Positions 37,910-47,138 of a stretch of 64,000 bases of DNA are shown here, piece by piece. How positions within the stretch are numbered: position 1 is the stretch's first letter; every line of letters begins with the position of its first letter. The notes under the pieces are model-generated. The model was not told where the DNA came from. It searched no databases and was given only the letters and a program-made list of their open reading frames with translations. A program made the position numbers and the translations under genes. Origin of the DNA: a virus; the IMG/VR virus record IMGVR_UViG_3300025711_000007, positions 15,785 to 79,784 of that record, one strand, 5' to 3'.

Positions 37910-38890
37910 ATGGCTCTCCCGACGCCGTCCACCACGTACAGCTTCCAGATCAACCAGCGGATCACGTTCGTGTCGTTGAACGACACGTCGGCCCGTCTCA
38001 TGTTCGGCGTCAAGGCCAAGCTCAAGACCAACGGCTACACCGTCAAGGGCAGCTGCGACGGGACCACGGGCGCCATGGACGGCGTAGATCGCTGGTCGAC
38101 CAGCGCCAACGCGGCGACTCGCGGCGCCGCCGCCGGCAACGCGCAGAGCTGGGTCGTGCTGACGGACGCTAACGGCGTCAACGTCCTCGTCGCGTACCAG
38201 GGCGCGTCCGACGACGTCTTCCGGGTCAGCTTCAGCCCCGGCGGCTTGTTCGTCGCGGCGGGCTCGCCGAACCAGCAGCCGACCGCCACCGACGAGCAGG
38301 TCATCTGCTCGGCGACCAGCATGGTCAACAACACGGCGTCGGCCGACCGCGTCTGGAACTGCATCGTCCGGTCCGACAACCGAGGGTTCCGGGTCAACGT
38401 CGCTCGGCAGGGGTCGTGGGTCGGCCTGGTGTGGGGGGTCGAGCAGGTGACGTCGACCGTCGTGACGGCGACGTTCAACCCGCCGGTCTGGGGCTTCGCG
38501 TTCACCCCGGCCAACCTGGCCGGGACGAGTTTCAACGCGGCGTTCTCGGTGAACGCCCGCGGCGGGCTCGCGAGGACCGTGGTCGCCAGCACGCCGTTCT
38601 CCTGCCAGTGCGTCGCCGGCTACGAGGTCTGGGCCGCGTCGGTGGCGCTGTTCGGGAACACGCAGCCCGAGCTCCAGGGGTCGGTCGGGTACCTCATCCA
38701 GCCGGTGTCGATCGCGACCACCACGAGCGGTGCGCAGGGGAAGGTCGGCAACCTCGTCGACTGGTGGGTCGGTCGCTTGAGCGGCGCCGCGGACGGCGAC
38801 GTGTACGGCTCCAACCAGTTCGTCGTGGTCGGCTCCGCCGGCGGCGCCGTTTGGGCGTGGGACGGGCTGACCACCCCGGTGCTCACCTGA
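37910..38890 (+). CDS. Putative tail fibre/baseplate-associated protein
   Basis: GAGG SD; beta-rich, tail module. Confidence 0.65.
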   Translation: MALPTPSTTYSFQINQRITFVSLNDTSARLMFGVKAKLKTNGYTVKGSCDGTTGAMDGVDRWSTSANAATRGAAAGNAQSWVVLTDANGVNVLVAYQGASDDVFRVSFSPGGLFVAAGSPNQQPTATDEQVICSATSMVNNTASADRVWNCIVRSDNRGFRVNVARQGSWVGLVWGVEQVTSTVVTATFNPPVWGFAFTPANLAGTSFNAAFSVNARGGLARTVVASTPFSCQCVAGYEVWAASVALFGNTQPELQGSVGYLIQPVSIATTTSGAQGKVGNLVDWWVGRLSGAADGDVYGSNQFVVVGSAGGAVWAWDGLTTPVLT

Positions 38891-39345
38891 TGGCGACCCA
38901 GCCTGGCACCCTGCTGCCGCTCATCAACCTCTCGGCGGGAGGTGTGGCGAGGACGAGCGTCCGCGGGACGGCGTTCCTGGTCGTCGGGGGCGTCTCGGCG
39001 ACCGTGCTCCCGGTCGTATCCGTCAGCACGCCGCTGCCGCCGGCGACCACGACGACGCCGATCATCGTGACGGTCGTCGGCGGCAACATCAACGTCCCGA
39101 TCCGTCGCGCGTGGATCGACGTGGCGTTCCCGGGGATCCTCGCTAGCGAGGTCGTGCACAACGGGTCGCGCTTCGGCGCGTTCTACTCGAACGGCATGAA
39201 CTCCCGGGTCGCGTACGCCGACACCCTCGGGCGCGTCGGTTACAGGTACACGCTCCTCCGCGACGGGGGCTGGCCGGCGGGGTCCCTGCCGCTGACCGCG
39301 TCGTTCACGATCAACGCGGTGGACACTCTCGGCAACGGCACCTGA
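38890..39345 (+). CDS. Putative virion Ig-like protein
   Basis: TGATG coupling; ends TINAVDTLGN. Confidence 0.6.
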   Translation: MATQPGTLLPLINLSAGGVARTSVRGTAFLVVGGVSATVLPVVSVSTPLPPATTTTPIIVTVVGGNINVPIRRAWIDVAFPGILASEVVHNGSRFGAFYSNGMNSRVAYADTLGRVGYRYTLLRDGGWPAGSLPLTASFTINAVDTLGNGT

Positions 39346-39367
39346 AAGCAACAAGCGAGGTATCGCC

Positions 39368-41482
39368 ATGAAACGCTTCAGCAAGTATAGGATATCAACG
39401 CTCGCGATCGCCTTGGTGCTCGTAGCTGCCGGGGTCGGGCGCGCGGTCGCGAACTTCGTCGACGACAACACTGCCCTGCCGGGACCGAAGACGGACAGGA
39501 TACCCGTAACCAACCCGACGCAGCAGTGGAGCGCCGCCGACGCCAACGCCGTGTTCAACGCGTTGAACGACCTGAGGACGGTCGCGAAGCGCGGCACCGT
39601 GAACATCAAGGCGTACGGCGCGGTCGGCAACGGTTCCACCAATGACCGTGCCGCCATCCAAGCAGCGATCAACGCCAACCCCGGCAAGACGATATACTTC
39701 CCGAAGGGGAACTACCTCGTAGACGCCACGATCACCATCAGCGCGAGGTTCACGCACCTCGTCGGTGACTTTGGCGGGAGAGCTTCGGACGGCGGGTCCG
39801 AGATCCAGTGCGTCGGGACGGGCAACTGCATACAGATCGGCACGGACAACGGGCACGCGTGGGACGTCGGGGACTACGACGGGCCGCAGGACCACCTGAT
39901 CGAGAACCTGTGGATCCGCCACGGGGCACCCGACACGCAGCTCGCCAGCATCGGTCTGCCGTGCGGGGTCGGGCTCCACTACAAGGCGGGGGCCTACGGG
40001 GTGTGGGACTGGCGCGGCGGCGGGATCGTCATGCGCAACGTCGGCCTCGAGCACTTCGAGGCCAACTTCGTCGGCATACAGTCCGACCTGAACGCGTTCT
40101 GGTACGTCCAGAGCAACTACTCGAAGTACGGCCTCTACTTCGGTCCGCGCTCTGACCAGAACCGCGTCTACTTCGCGACGTCGATCTTCTGCGACCGCGC
40201 GATAACGATCGACCGCGCGGGGCAGACCGAGATCATGAACGGGTCGTTCGTCTTCTGCGGCACGGACACGTCCAGCCACATCGAGGTGAGGCGCGGATCC
40301 CACGGGGTGCTGCTGAGCGGCAACTGGCACGAGAACTCGGCGGCGACGGCGTGCTTCGGGTTCCAGGGCGGGATGCAGTCGTTCGTGTCCGTCGGTGAGG
40401 TTGACGGCTACGGCGCCGGCGGCTCCATCCAGTCGCCCGGGGCCGGGACGTCGACCGCGGTGGCCGGGACGACGCTCGACTACCCGCACCTGTATAACTT
40501 GCCACCCGGCAGCGGGCACACGCTGTACCTCGCGTCCGTCGGCAAGGTGAACCAGTTCACGTTGCGCCGCCCGTCCGAGTACATCAACAGCGGGCTGTCG
40601 AGCTTCGACGCGCTCGTCGCGATCCAGTCGGGGCAGGTTCCGACGACGACCGACACCCAGGTCGCCGTCTACGACATGCCCGACACGATGACGCGGACGC
40701 AGATCTTCCAGAACCTGGGCGGAGGGGCAGTCACCGCCGCTATCCAGAGCGGCAAGGTGCACGACAGCGTCACGCTCGGCCTGGACACGACGGCGACGCA
40801 CACGTTCCGAGGCACCATCGTCCAGGACGCCCCGGAACGTGGCACGGCGTTCACGACGAACAACACGAAGACGGGCCAGACGGTCGGCTCCGTCGTGTGG
40901 AAGCTCAACACGACGGGTTCGTCGTTCGACACGACGGCCGGAGCTTTGTTCCCGGTCGCGCTCTCCATCACCGACGCCGCGACGCGCTCGGCCGGCGCCA
41001 ACTCGGTGGGCAAGACCGGCTTCTCCGTCGACGTGCTCAACGGCCAGAGCAACACCGCGATAACGACGGTCCGGGGAGACAATCGCTTCAACACCACGAG
41101 CGGCATCACCGAGTTCGCCAACGCCGTCTACTACTCCAACGAGATCGCGCCCACCTCGCTCAGCGCCGACCAGACCGACTACAGCCCGACCGGGCTCGCC
41201 AGCGCGTCGCTGATCCTCGTGACGTCGTCGGTCGCTGTGAACATCAACAGCCTCGCGCTCAACGCCAACTCCGCGGGCGGCCGAGACCTCGTGATCCGCA
41301 ACGACAACGCGAGCGGCGGCAGCAACGTGACGCTCAAGGACGAGGCCGCGGCGCTCGGCACGGCGTCGATGCGCTTCGCCGGGCGTGCGCACGCCGACAC
41401 CGTCCTCACGCCAGGCACCTCGGCCAGGCTGAGGTACTCGATCCTGAAGACGCGGATCCTCGTCATAGGAGACACGCTGTGA
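39368..41482 (+). CDS. Tailspike-like right-handed beta-helix (pectate lyase 3-type N-motif) with signal-peptide-like N-terminus
   Basis: VNIKAYGAVGNGSTNDRAAIQAAIN..TIYFPKGNY; N-terminus MKRFSKYR + hydrophobic core + AVA. Confidence 0.8.
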   Translation: MKRFSKYRISTLAIALVLVAAGVGRAVANFVDDNTALPGPKTDRIPVTNPTQQWSAADANAVFNALNDLRTVAKRGTVNIKAYGAVGNGSTNDRAAIQAAINANPGKTIYFPKGNYLVDATITISARFTHLVGDFGGRASDGGSEIQCVGTGNCIQIGTDNGHAWDVGDYDGPQDHLIENLWIRHGAPDTQLASIGLPCGVGLHYKAGAYGVWDWRGGGIVMRNVGLEHFEANFVGIQSDLNAFWYVQSNYSKYGLYFGPRSDQNRVYFATSIFCDRAITIDRAGQTEIMNGSFVFCGTDTSSHIEVRRGSHGVLLSGNWHENSAATACFGFQGGMQSFVSVGEVDGYGAGGSIQSPGAGTSTAVAGTTLDYPHLYNLPPGSGHTLYLASVGKVNQFTLRRPSEYINSGLSSFDALVAIQSGQVPTTTDTQVAVYDMPDTMTRTQIFQNLGGGAVTAAIQSGKVHDSVTLGLDTTATHTFRGTIVQDAPERGTAFTTNNTKTGQTVGSVVWKLNTTGSSFDTTAGALFPVALSITDAATRSAGANSVGKTGFSVDVLNGQSNTAITTVRGDNRFNTTSGITEFANAVYYSNEIAPTSLSADQTDYSPTGLASASLILVTSSVAVNINSLALNANSAGGRDLVIRNDNASGGSNVTLKDEAAALGTASMRFAGRAHADTVLTPGTSARLRYSILKTRILVIGDTL

Positions 41483-41497
41483 CCCGGGAGGACTCTC

Positions 41498-41707
41498 GTG
41501 GGTAACCTCGCCGGCGACCTCGCGTTCGACCTCGGAGGTTCGACGGGGGACAGCTACAAGGCGAAGCTGATGCGCCGCATGCTGCCGCCTCCGTACAACA
41601 GGGACTACAGCTCGGTCATCGGCGCCCTGATAACGGTGATCGGGCAGAGCGACAACCTGATCGGCGGTCTCTTCGGGACCGCCGACTTCCTGCCGGACGA
41701 GGTGTGA
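41498..41707 (+). CDS. Small baseplate-associated protein
   Basis: GGAGG SD; 69 aa. Confidence 0.6.
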   Translation: MGNLAGDLAFDLGGSTGDSYKAKLMRRMLPPPYNRDYSSVIGALITVIGQSDNLIGGLFGTADFLPDEV

Positions 41708-41729
41708 CGTGGGGTCAACCGAAGCGGCC

Positions 41730-42731
41730 ATGAGCGTGATCCAGCAGGTCCGGCGGACCATGCTGGTCAGCACCGCCGGAGGCGTCTACCTGGACGCGGT
41801 CGGCAACAACCGCGGCGTACCTCGTCCGGAGAACACGAGCGACGACGAGCTGTACCGCCGCCTGGTCAAGGTGCTCGCGTGGCTCCCCAAGTCGATCCTG
41901 CTCTCCTACTACGCGCTGCTCGCGGCGGTGTTCGGGTCGCAGGCGCAGGTCGCGTCTCAGATCGGCAGGCCGTGGAGGGTGTACGAGGTCGCCGCCAACG
42001 AGGTCATCATCGAGTTGCCGGCGGCGCTCATAGCCGGGACGATCGAGACCGCGTCCTACGTGCACGGCGCCAGCGGGTACGCGCGCGTGCCGTCTGGTTC
42101 GTCGAACGTGTTCACGACCGACTTCGACCTGAGCGCGTCCTCCGCGGTCTCGGTGGTTGGCCTGGCCGTCTACGTCGAGACGGCGCCGGGTACCTGGACG
42201 AGCTACGTCGTGGTGAACTACTCGTTCGCCGCGGGCGCGGCGACGGTCCAGGTGAACGCCTCGACGCTGCCGACGGGTGGCGGGCGGTTCTACCTGGAGG
42301 TCCCGGGAGACGAGGTCGCCAGCTACCGCGGAGACTACGTCGCGACGAGCGGGGTCGGGTCGCTGTACTCGACCGCGGCCGGCCCGGCGACGAACACGCT
42401 CTCGGTGGTCGGCGACGTCACCGGCTCGACGCGGCCGGGGATGTCGGTCCAGATAAGCGTCAACGGGGTGTTCCAGGCGCGCGTCGTCGGCGGTTTGTCG
42501 TACAGCAGCGCCACCAACGTCAGCACGGTGACGGTCACGACGACCGACGTGCCCGGCGGTCAAGTCAACCAGGCGTTCGTCGTGCCGCAGGAGATAGCCG
42601 ACACCGCGACGACTCCGCCGCACAGCGACCGCATATACTTGACCGGGACAGGTCTCTACCAGATCGTCCAGTTCTACCTGGACCTGCTGGTGCGCGCCGC
42701 CGGGGTAACCGTCCGCCTCATGATCGTCTAG
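41730..42731 (+). CDS. Baseplate wedge (gpI-like) protein
   Basis: TAGGVYLDAVG...VPR...DDELYR, LVRAAGV; start may be 41709. Confidence 0.75.
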   Translation: MSVIQQVRRTMLVSTAGGVYLDAVGNNRGVPRPENTSDDELYRRLVKVLAWLPKSILLSYYALLAAVFGSQAQVASQIGRPWRVYEVAANEVIIELPAALIAGTIETASYVHGASGYARVPSGSSNVFTTDFDLSASSAVSVVGLAVYVETAPGTWTSYVVVNYSFAAGAATVQVNASTLPTGGGRFYLEVPGDEVASYRGDYVATSGVGSLYSTAAGPATNTLSVVGDVTGSTRPGMSVQISVNGVFQARVVGGLSYSSATNVSTVTVTTTDVPGGQVNQAFVVPQEIADTATTPPHSDRIYLTGTGLYQIVQFYLDLLVRAAGVTVRLMIV

Positions 42732-42740
42732 GAGGTAAGC

Positions 42741-44828
42741 ATGTCGACTGGAGACGTCATCAACCCGAAGCGCGTGCGCATGCAGGCCAACGAGCGGTTG
42801 GACCAGGTCGACGTCGACGCGCTGTCCATCGCCCCGAGGGAGCACCTCGACGCGTACGCCCGCGCCGTCGAGGCGGCGCCCCGCAACGTCGGGGCGACGA
42901 CCCCGACCGGGCTCATCTATCAAGGGTTCGGGATGACGCTCAACCCGACCGCGCCGACCGACGGCAAGATCCGCGTCCAGTCCGCGCTCGGGGTCGCGTT
43001 CGACTCCAACGGGCGGCTCCTCGTGAAGGAGGCCGGTACCCAGGTCGACCTGACGCTGTCGGTCGGGAACTCTCAGATCTACGCGTACTACATCGAGAAC
43101 AGCGACGACACCACCGTCCGCCGCAGCATCCCGGTGTCGTCTCCTTACCTGGAAGGTCCGTCGTCCATCGCGACCAAGCTGAAGGGCGGCGTCGCCTTCT
43201 TCGTGCGCGCCGGAGACCAGACGTCGATCGTGGCCAGCGACGTGATCAACGGGGCGACGACGGCCCTCTGCTTCCTCGGCGTCGCCAACAACTCGGGCGG
43301 CACGGTGACGATGACCGGGTACAACGGGACCACCGCCCCGAACGGCGTGTTCGCGACCAACAGGGTCACTTCGGTCGCGCTCCCGTCCACGCTGCCGACC
43401 GTGAACACGATGAACGGCCCGGTTGGCACGATGCAGGACCTCGCCAACGTCGCGCTCTACATGATCGGGCAGGCGATGTGGAGAGGCTCGAGGAACCTCA
43501 CGCCGAGCGCGTCGAACAACTTCGGGGCGTTCTCCCTGCCGACGGCGGGGCTCGACGGGATGTTCAACGCACAGACGGAAGCTACCGTGACTCCGGTGAC
43601 GAGGTGGCGCGACTGGCAGGGATTCACCCGCTCCGTCGTCGACCACAGCGGCTACCGGATGGGGCAGGTCACGGAATACGATCAGAACTGGGCGTCCGGA
43701 GGGGCGAAGGTGGTCTCGTGCTCGATGATGTCGGCGGGCACGGCCATATCGAGCACTGGCACGAACGGCCCGCAGGTCGCGTCCGGCGCCAACGGGGGCG
43801 GGGTCCTGCTGAGCGGCACGGGGGTATCCGCGTGGGGCATCTCGCTGCACGGCCTCAACCCGGGGATGACGGTGACGCAGTTCCAAGCCGCGTACATCAG
43901 CGTCAGCGCCAGCAATCAGTTCTCGTTCCGGGTCTACACGGAAGACGCAGGGGACGCGTTCACCGCGTCGGGGATTAGGATCGCCGAGGTGGTCAACCCA
44001 GGAACCCCGGCTCCGGGTGTGAAGACGCTCGCGGTGATCACCGGAGGCTCCGGAGCCTCCGGGTCGATGCTGCCGTGGACTGTCCCGCCGCAGGGGTCGC
44101 TGTCCGCGCACTGCGCCGTGTCGGCAGCTCCGGCTACGATCCTCTGGACGAACGTCGTCGCGACGGTGATCGCCGACCCGGAGGGTTGGCGCTGGACGTC
44201 GATCAACGCGAACACGAACGCCGGGTTCGGACGGCGCACGTACTCGAACCCGAGCGCGAGCATCAACCAGCGGTCGGTGACGCTGTCCGGGCAGGGCGGC
44301 AACTCGTCGTCGGGTAGCGCAACGCTCACCGCCGAAGCGTACGAGTGCTTCCTCAACGCGGACGTCGCGTACGTCCAAGAGTGGATGCTCGCCACGGGAA
44401 CGATATCCGACGCGACGAACAACCGCCTGTTCGCGATCGGCATACAGAACAACAACGGTGGGTCAGAGAACAGGTTCGTCTACTTCTACAACCAGAACAC
44501 GACAGCGAATTGGCAACTCCGCGTCGTCGGTTCTTCTACAACGGACACGGACACGGGTGTCGCGATCGCGGCGAACACGACGTACCGTATGCGACTCGAG
44601 ATCCTCGGCGCGAACGTGTCCACCGCGGGGTCCACCAACTTCAGGGTCCGAGCGTTCATCAACGGCAACAAGGTGGTCGACATCGTCGTGTCGACGCTGC
44701 CCGTGGCTGACATGATCCGTCCCTACATGCTCGTCGGGACCACCAGCGCTTCCGGGGGCCCCTACAGCTACAGCGTCGGGCGTCTGCGCCGCGCCTGGAA
44801 CCACCTGCTCAACGGTGACAACCTGTAG
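42741..44828 (+). CDS. Tail fibre / receptor-binding protein
   Basis: AGGAGGT SD; follows wedge gene; T/S/G/N-rich with lectin-like C-terminus. Confidence 0.72.
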   Translation: MSTGDVINPKRVRMQANERLDQVDVDALSIAPREHLDAYARAVEAAPRNVGATTPTGLIYQGFGMTLNPTAPTDGKIRVQSALGVAFDSNGRLLVKEAGTQVDLTLSVGNSQIYAYYIENSDDTTVRRSIPVSSPYLEGPSSIATKLKGGVAFFVRAGDQTSIVASDVINGATTALCFLGVANNSGGTVTMTGYNGTTAPNGVFATNRVTSVALPSTLPTVNTMNGPVGTMQDLANVALYMIGQAMWRGSRNLTPSASNNFGAFSLPTAGLDGMFNAQTEATVTPVTRWRDWQGFTRSVVDHSGYRMGQVTEYDQNWASGGAKVVSCSMMSAGTAISSTGTNGPQVASGANGGGVLLSGTGVSAWGISLHGLNPGMTVTQFQAAYISVSASNQFSFRVYTEDAGDAFTASGIRIAEVVNPGTPAPGVKTLAVITGGSGASGSMLPWTVPPQGSLSAHCAVSAAPATILWTNVVATVIADPEGWRWTSINANTNAGFGRRTYSNPSASINQRSVTLSGQGGNSSSGSATLTAEAYECFLNADVAYVQEWMLATGTISDATNNRLFAIGIQNNNGGSENRFVYFYNQNTTANWQLRVVGSSTTDTDTGVAIAANTTYRMRLEILGANVSTAGSTNFRVRAFINGNKVVDIVVSTLPVADMIRPYMLVGTTSASGGPYSYSVGRLRRAWNHLLNGDNL

Positions 44829-44860
44829 GTCGTGGTAGATCTTAAGCAGGAGGTGCACAC

Positions 44861-45208
44861 ATGTACGTTGTACGCGGCACGCCAGTGAACATCAATGGTC
44901 GAACCGGGGGATCACCGGGTCCCGCGACGACGACCGCGGTGCGCGTTCCGATGCCGGTCCCGGCCGGTCGCGCGAAGCTATCCAACCCAGCGGGGCCCCA
45001 GCTGATCGCGCCGTCGACGACGTTCGCCCGCTATATCCGAATCCGTAACCTCGACGCGACGAACAACCTCCTCGTGAACTTCCTCGACGGGTCGCAGATC
45101 ACCGTCTTGAAGTCATCCGAGGAGGAGTTCAGCGGGACGATCTCGTGGATCGTGGTCCAGGCGTCGGCTGCCACGGTGCAGTGGGAAGCGCACGCGATCG
45201 TCGCGTAA
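44861..45208 (+). CDS. Small virion beta-sandwich protein
   Basis: AGGAGGT SD; YIRIRNLD...LLVNF. Confidence 0.62.
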   Translation: MYVVRGTPVNINGRTGGSPGPATTTAVRVPMPVPAGRAKLSNPAGPQLIAPSTTFARYIRIRNLDATNNLLVNFLDGSQITVLKSSEEEFSGTISWIVVQASAATVQWEAHAIVA

Positions 45209-45357
45209 TTTCCCGCACTGATTTCGTGTGCAGCGTAATGTAGCACGGCTCGGCGCCGACTCCGCTGGTGAAACTGGAGGTTAAGCGGTACTGATCATGA
45301 AGGTGGTCCACGCAGTATGTGACCACCAGGGTGCTCACATTCAGCCGAGGGAGTCAG

Positions 45358-45837
45358 ATGCCCAAGCGACCAACGAGGCCGTCGATGGTGGTTCCGACTC
45401 TCAACGACGGGACCGATCCCGGCAGCCGCGCCTGCGTCCCCGGCCGCACAGCCCTCGCCAGGATAGAGCAGCTGTCGCAGCGGCTGGAGGAACATGCAGA
45501 AGAAGACGACGAGAAGCTGATCGCTGTCCGTGACGAGATCCACGAAGTGCGCGGTGACGTCAGGGAGATCAACGTCAAGCTCGGAGATATGCGCGTCGAC
45601 ATGGCTAAGACTCTTGCAACCGTTAACAACATGAGTTCGGCGATGACCGAGCAGCAAGAGATCAAGCGCGTCAGGATGATCTCTGCCATCGAGACAAACA
45701 AGGCTGAGAAGATCGCGGAGATCGACGACGAGCGAGACCGTAAGAAGGCGAAGCGGGCCCTCTGGCTGAAGATCGGCTTGGTGCTGCTCGGTCTGGTCAG
45801 CACCGGCGCCGGCATGCTCATCGAGCACTATCGCTGA
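45358..45837 (+). CDS. Coiled-coil protein with C-terminal transmembrane helix (holin-like candidate)
   Basis: Heptad region then LWLKIGLVLLGLVSTGAGMLI; end of late module. Confidence 0.55.
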   Translation: MPKRPTRPSMVVPTLNDGTDPGSRACVPGRTALARIEQLSQRLEEHAEEDDEKLIAVRDEIHEVRGDVREINVKLGDMRVDMAKTLATVNNMSSAMTEQQEIKRVRMISAIETNKAEKIAEIDDERDRKKAKRALWLKIGLVLLGLVSTGAGMLIEHYR

Positions 45838-45854
45838 CGTGGTACCATCCGCCC

Positions 45855-45989
45855 ATGAGCGGTGAAGTGCTGTGCTCCTCGGTGCTCGACGCCGCGATCG
45901 CGGTCGCGGACGTGTCGAGTTTCGGTGACCTGACCGCGACGGTCGTCGCGGCGGACCCCGCGATGGTCGCCGACGTGGAGGGCGCGTGA
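45855..45989 (+). CDS. Small hypothetical protein (44 aa, absent from ORF track)
   Basis: TGG-TACCAT 6 nt before ATG; GTGA coupling to next gene. Confidence 0.5.
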   Translation: MSGEVLCSSVLDAAIAVADVSSFGDLTATVVAADPAMVADVEGA

Positions 45990-46402
45990 GCTGCTCCCAC
46001 CCGCAGGCGCCTGCGGTGGCGCTCCACGTCACGCGTGGCGCGAGCAAGGTGTTCCTGTTCACCGTGCGGCTCGCCGCGGGCAACCTGATCGACCTGACCT
46101 CGGCCAAGGTGTGGTTCACGGTCAAGAACCGCGTCGAGGACGTGGTCGTCCTGATCGCGAAGAAGAACACCGCGGCCGGTGGCGTCGACAACCAGATCCT
46201 CGTCACCACTCCGCAGACCGGCGCCGCGCTGGGGCAGTTCCGGGTGTTCATCGATCCCGCGGACACCGCGCTGCTCGATCCGCGCGAGACGTACTGGTGC
46301 GACGCGTGGGTGCAGCTGCCCGGCGGCCCTCCGATCAACCGTCAGCAGGTGATGACCAACCGGCAACTCATCATCGAACCGACCGTGACAACGTCGTTCT
46401 AG
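45986..46402 (+). CDS. BppU N-terminal-like virion protein
   Basis: IDLTSAKVWFTVK...IDPADT...YWCD...IEPTVT. Confidence 0.68.
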   Translation: MSCSHPQAPAVALHVTRGASKVFLFTVRLAAGNLIDLTSAKVWFTVKNRVEDVVVLIAKKNTAAGGVDNQILVTTPQTGAALGQFRVFIDPADTALLDPRETYWCDAWVQLPGGPPINRQQVMTNRQLIIEPTVTTSF

Positions 46403-46410
46403 GAGGCACC

Positions 46411-46863
46411 GTGACGATATCGGGGACCGCTCAGCTCATCGGCCGCTTCAGGTACATGTCGCTCGTCCCGAGCACCGACACGTCGTCGAACCCGACGTGG
46501 CTATCCGACGTGCTGGAGACCATGGCGTGCTCCGGCCGCAAGGAGGAGGAGTACACGCTCGTCGCCGACGGCGACACCGCGGTCAGCTTCGGGTCGATCG
46601 CCACCGCCGGCGCCTCGCTCGTCGTCGTCAAGGTCATGCCGTTCGTCGGCGTCCCGCCGTCGCCGGGGTTCCCGAACGGTGTGCCGGCGGCGCCGAACCC
46701 CGTCGTCGTCAAGCTGACGAGCGGAGCGGGGTCCGCGACGATCCCGGTCGATCCGTTCGCCGTCTTGTTCGCTGTCGGCGTGCCCTACACGGCGATGACC
46801 GTCGCGAGGGCGGCAGGCGTGCAGACGACGGTCAGGATCCAGCTTTTCTCCGCCGGATCGTGA
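46411..46863 (+). CDS. Putative virion beta-sandwich protein
   Basis: AGGAGG SD with GTG; resembles 1861..2292. Confidence 0.65.
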   Translation: MTISGTAQLIGRFRYMSLVPSTDTSSNPTWLSDVLETMACSGRKEEEYTLVADGDTAVSFGSIATAGASLVVVKVMPFVGVPPSPGFPNGVPAAPNPVVVKLTSGAGSATIPVDPFAVLFAVGVPYTAMTVARAAGVQTTVRIQLFSAGS

Positions 46864-46878
46864 ACGTCGACGTTCACG

Positions 46879-46907
46879 TTGACGATGTCAACTCGAAATT
46901 GTAGTCT
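46879..46907 (+). promoter_or_regulatory. Sigma70-type leaderless promoter at start of replication module, with palindromic operator
   Basis: TTGACG-N17-TAGTCT, ATG 6 nt after -10; GTTGACgatGTCAAC overlaps -35. Confidence 0.75.
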
Positions 46908-46913
46908 TCTCTC

Positions 46914-47138
46914 ATGGATTCCAACAGGGTCGCGAGGCGAGCCCGAAATCGTGCCAAACGTTCCAGGCAGCGTGCCGCAGCGGCTGAGACTCGCCTCATG
47001 GCCGCTCGTGTCCGTATCGGTCCGGATCCCTCAACTCGTGTCGTCGACGAGTCGTCGTTGACGCGGCGCCCTTTCGAGAAGATGGTGGCTGACTACCGGG
47101 AGACACCTGTGTCGTGGCGTGACGTGTGGGGCGAGTAG
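46914..47138 (+). CDS. Small basic hypothetical protein
   Basis: Directly follows promoter. Confidence 0.6.
   Translation: MDSNRVARRARNRAKRSRQRAAAAETRLMAARVRIGPDPSTRVVDESSLTRRPFEKMVADYRETPVSWRDVWGE

Noticed and set aside
2335-44378. Very long minus-strand ORFs (e.g. 2335..4767, 7611..9746, 28036..30312, 39395..41773, 41715..44378)
   Set aside because: Antisense shadows of GC3-rich plus-strand genes; Arg/Val/His-rich with no recognisable motifs
45260-45300. Hammerhead-like CTGA/GAAA words
   Set aside because: Core reads CTGATCA rather than CTGANGA and the required stems are not evident
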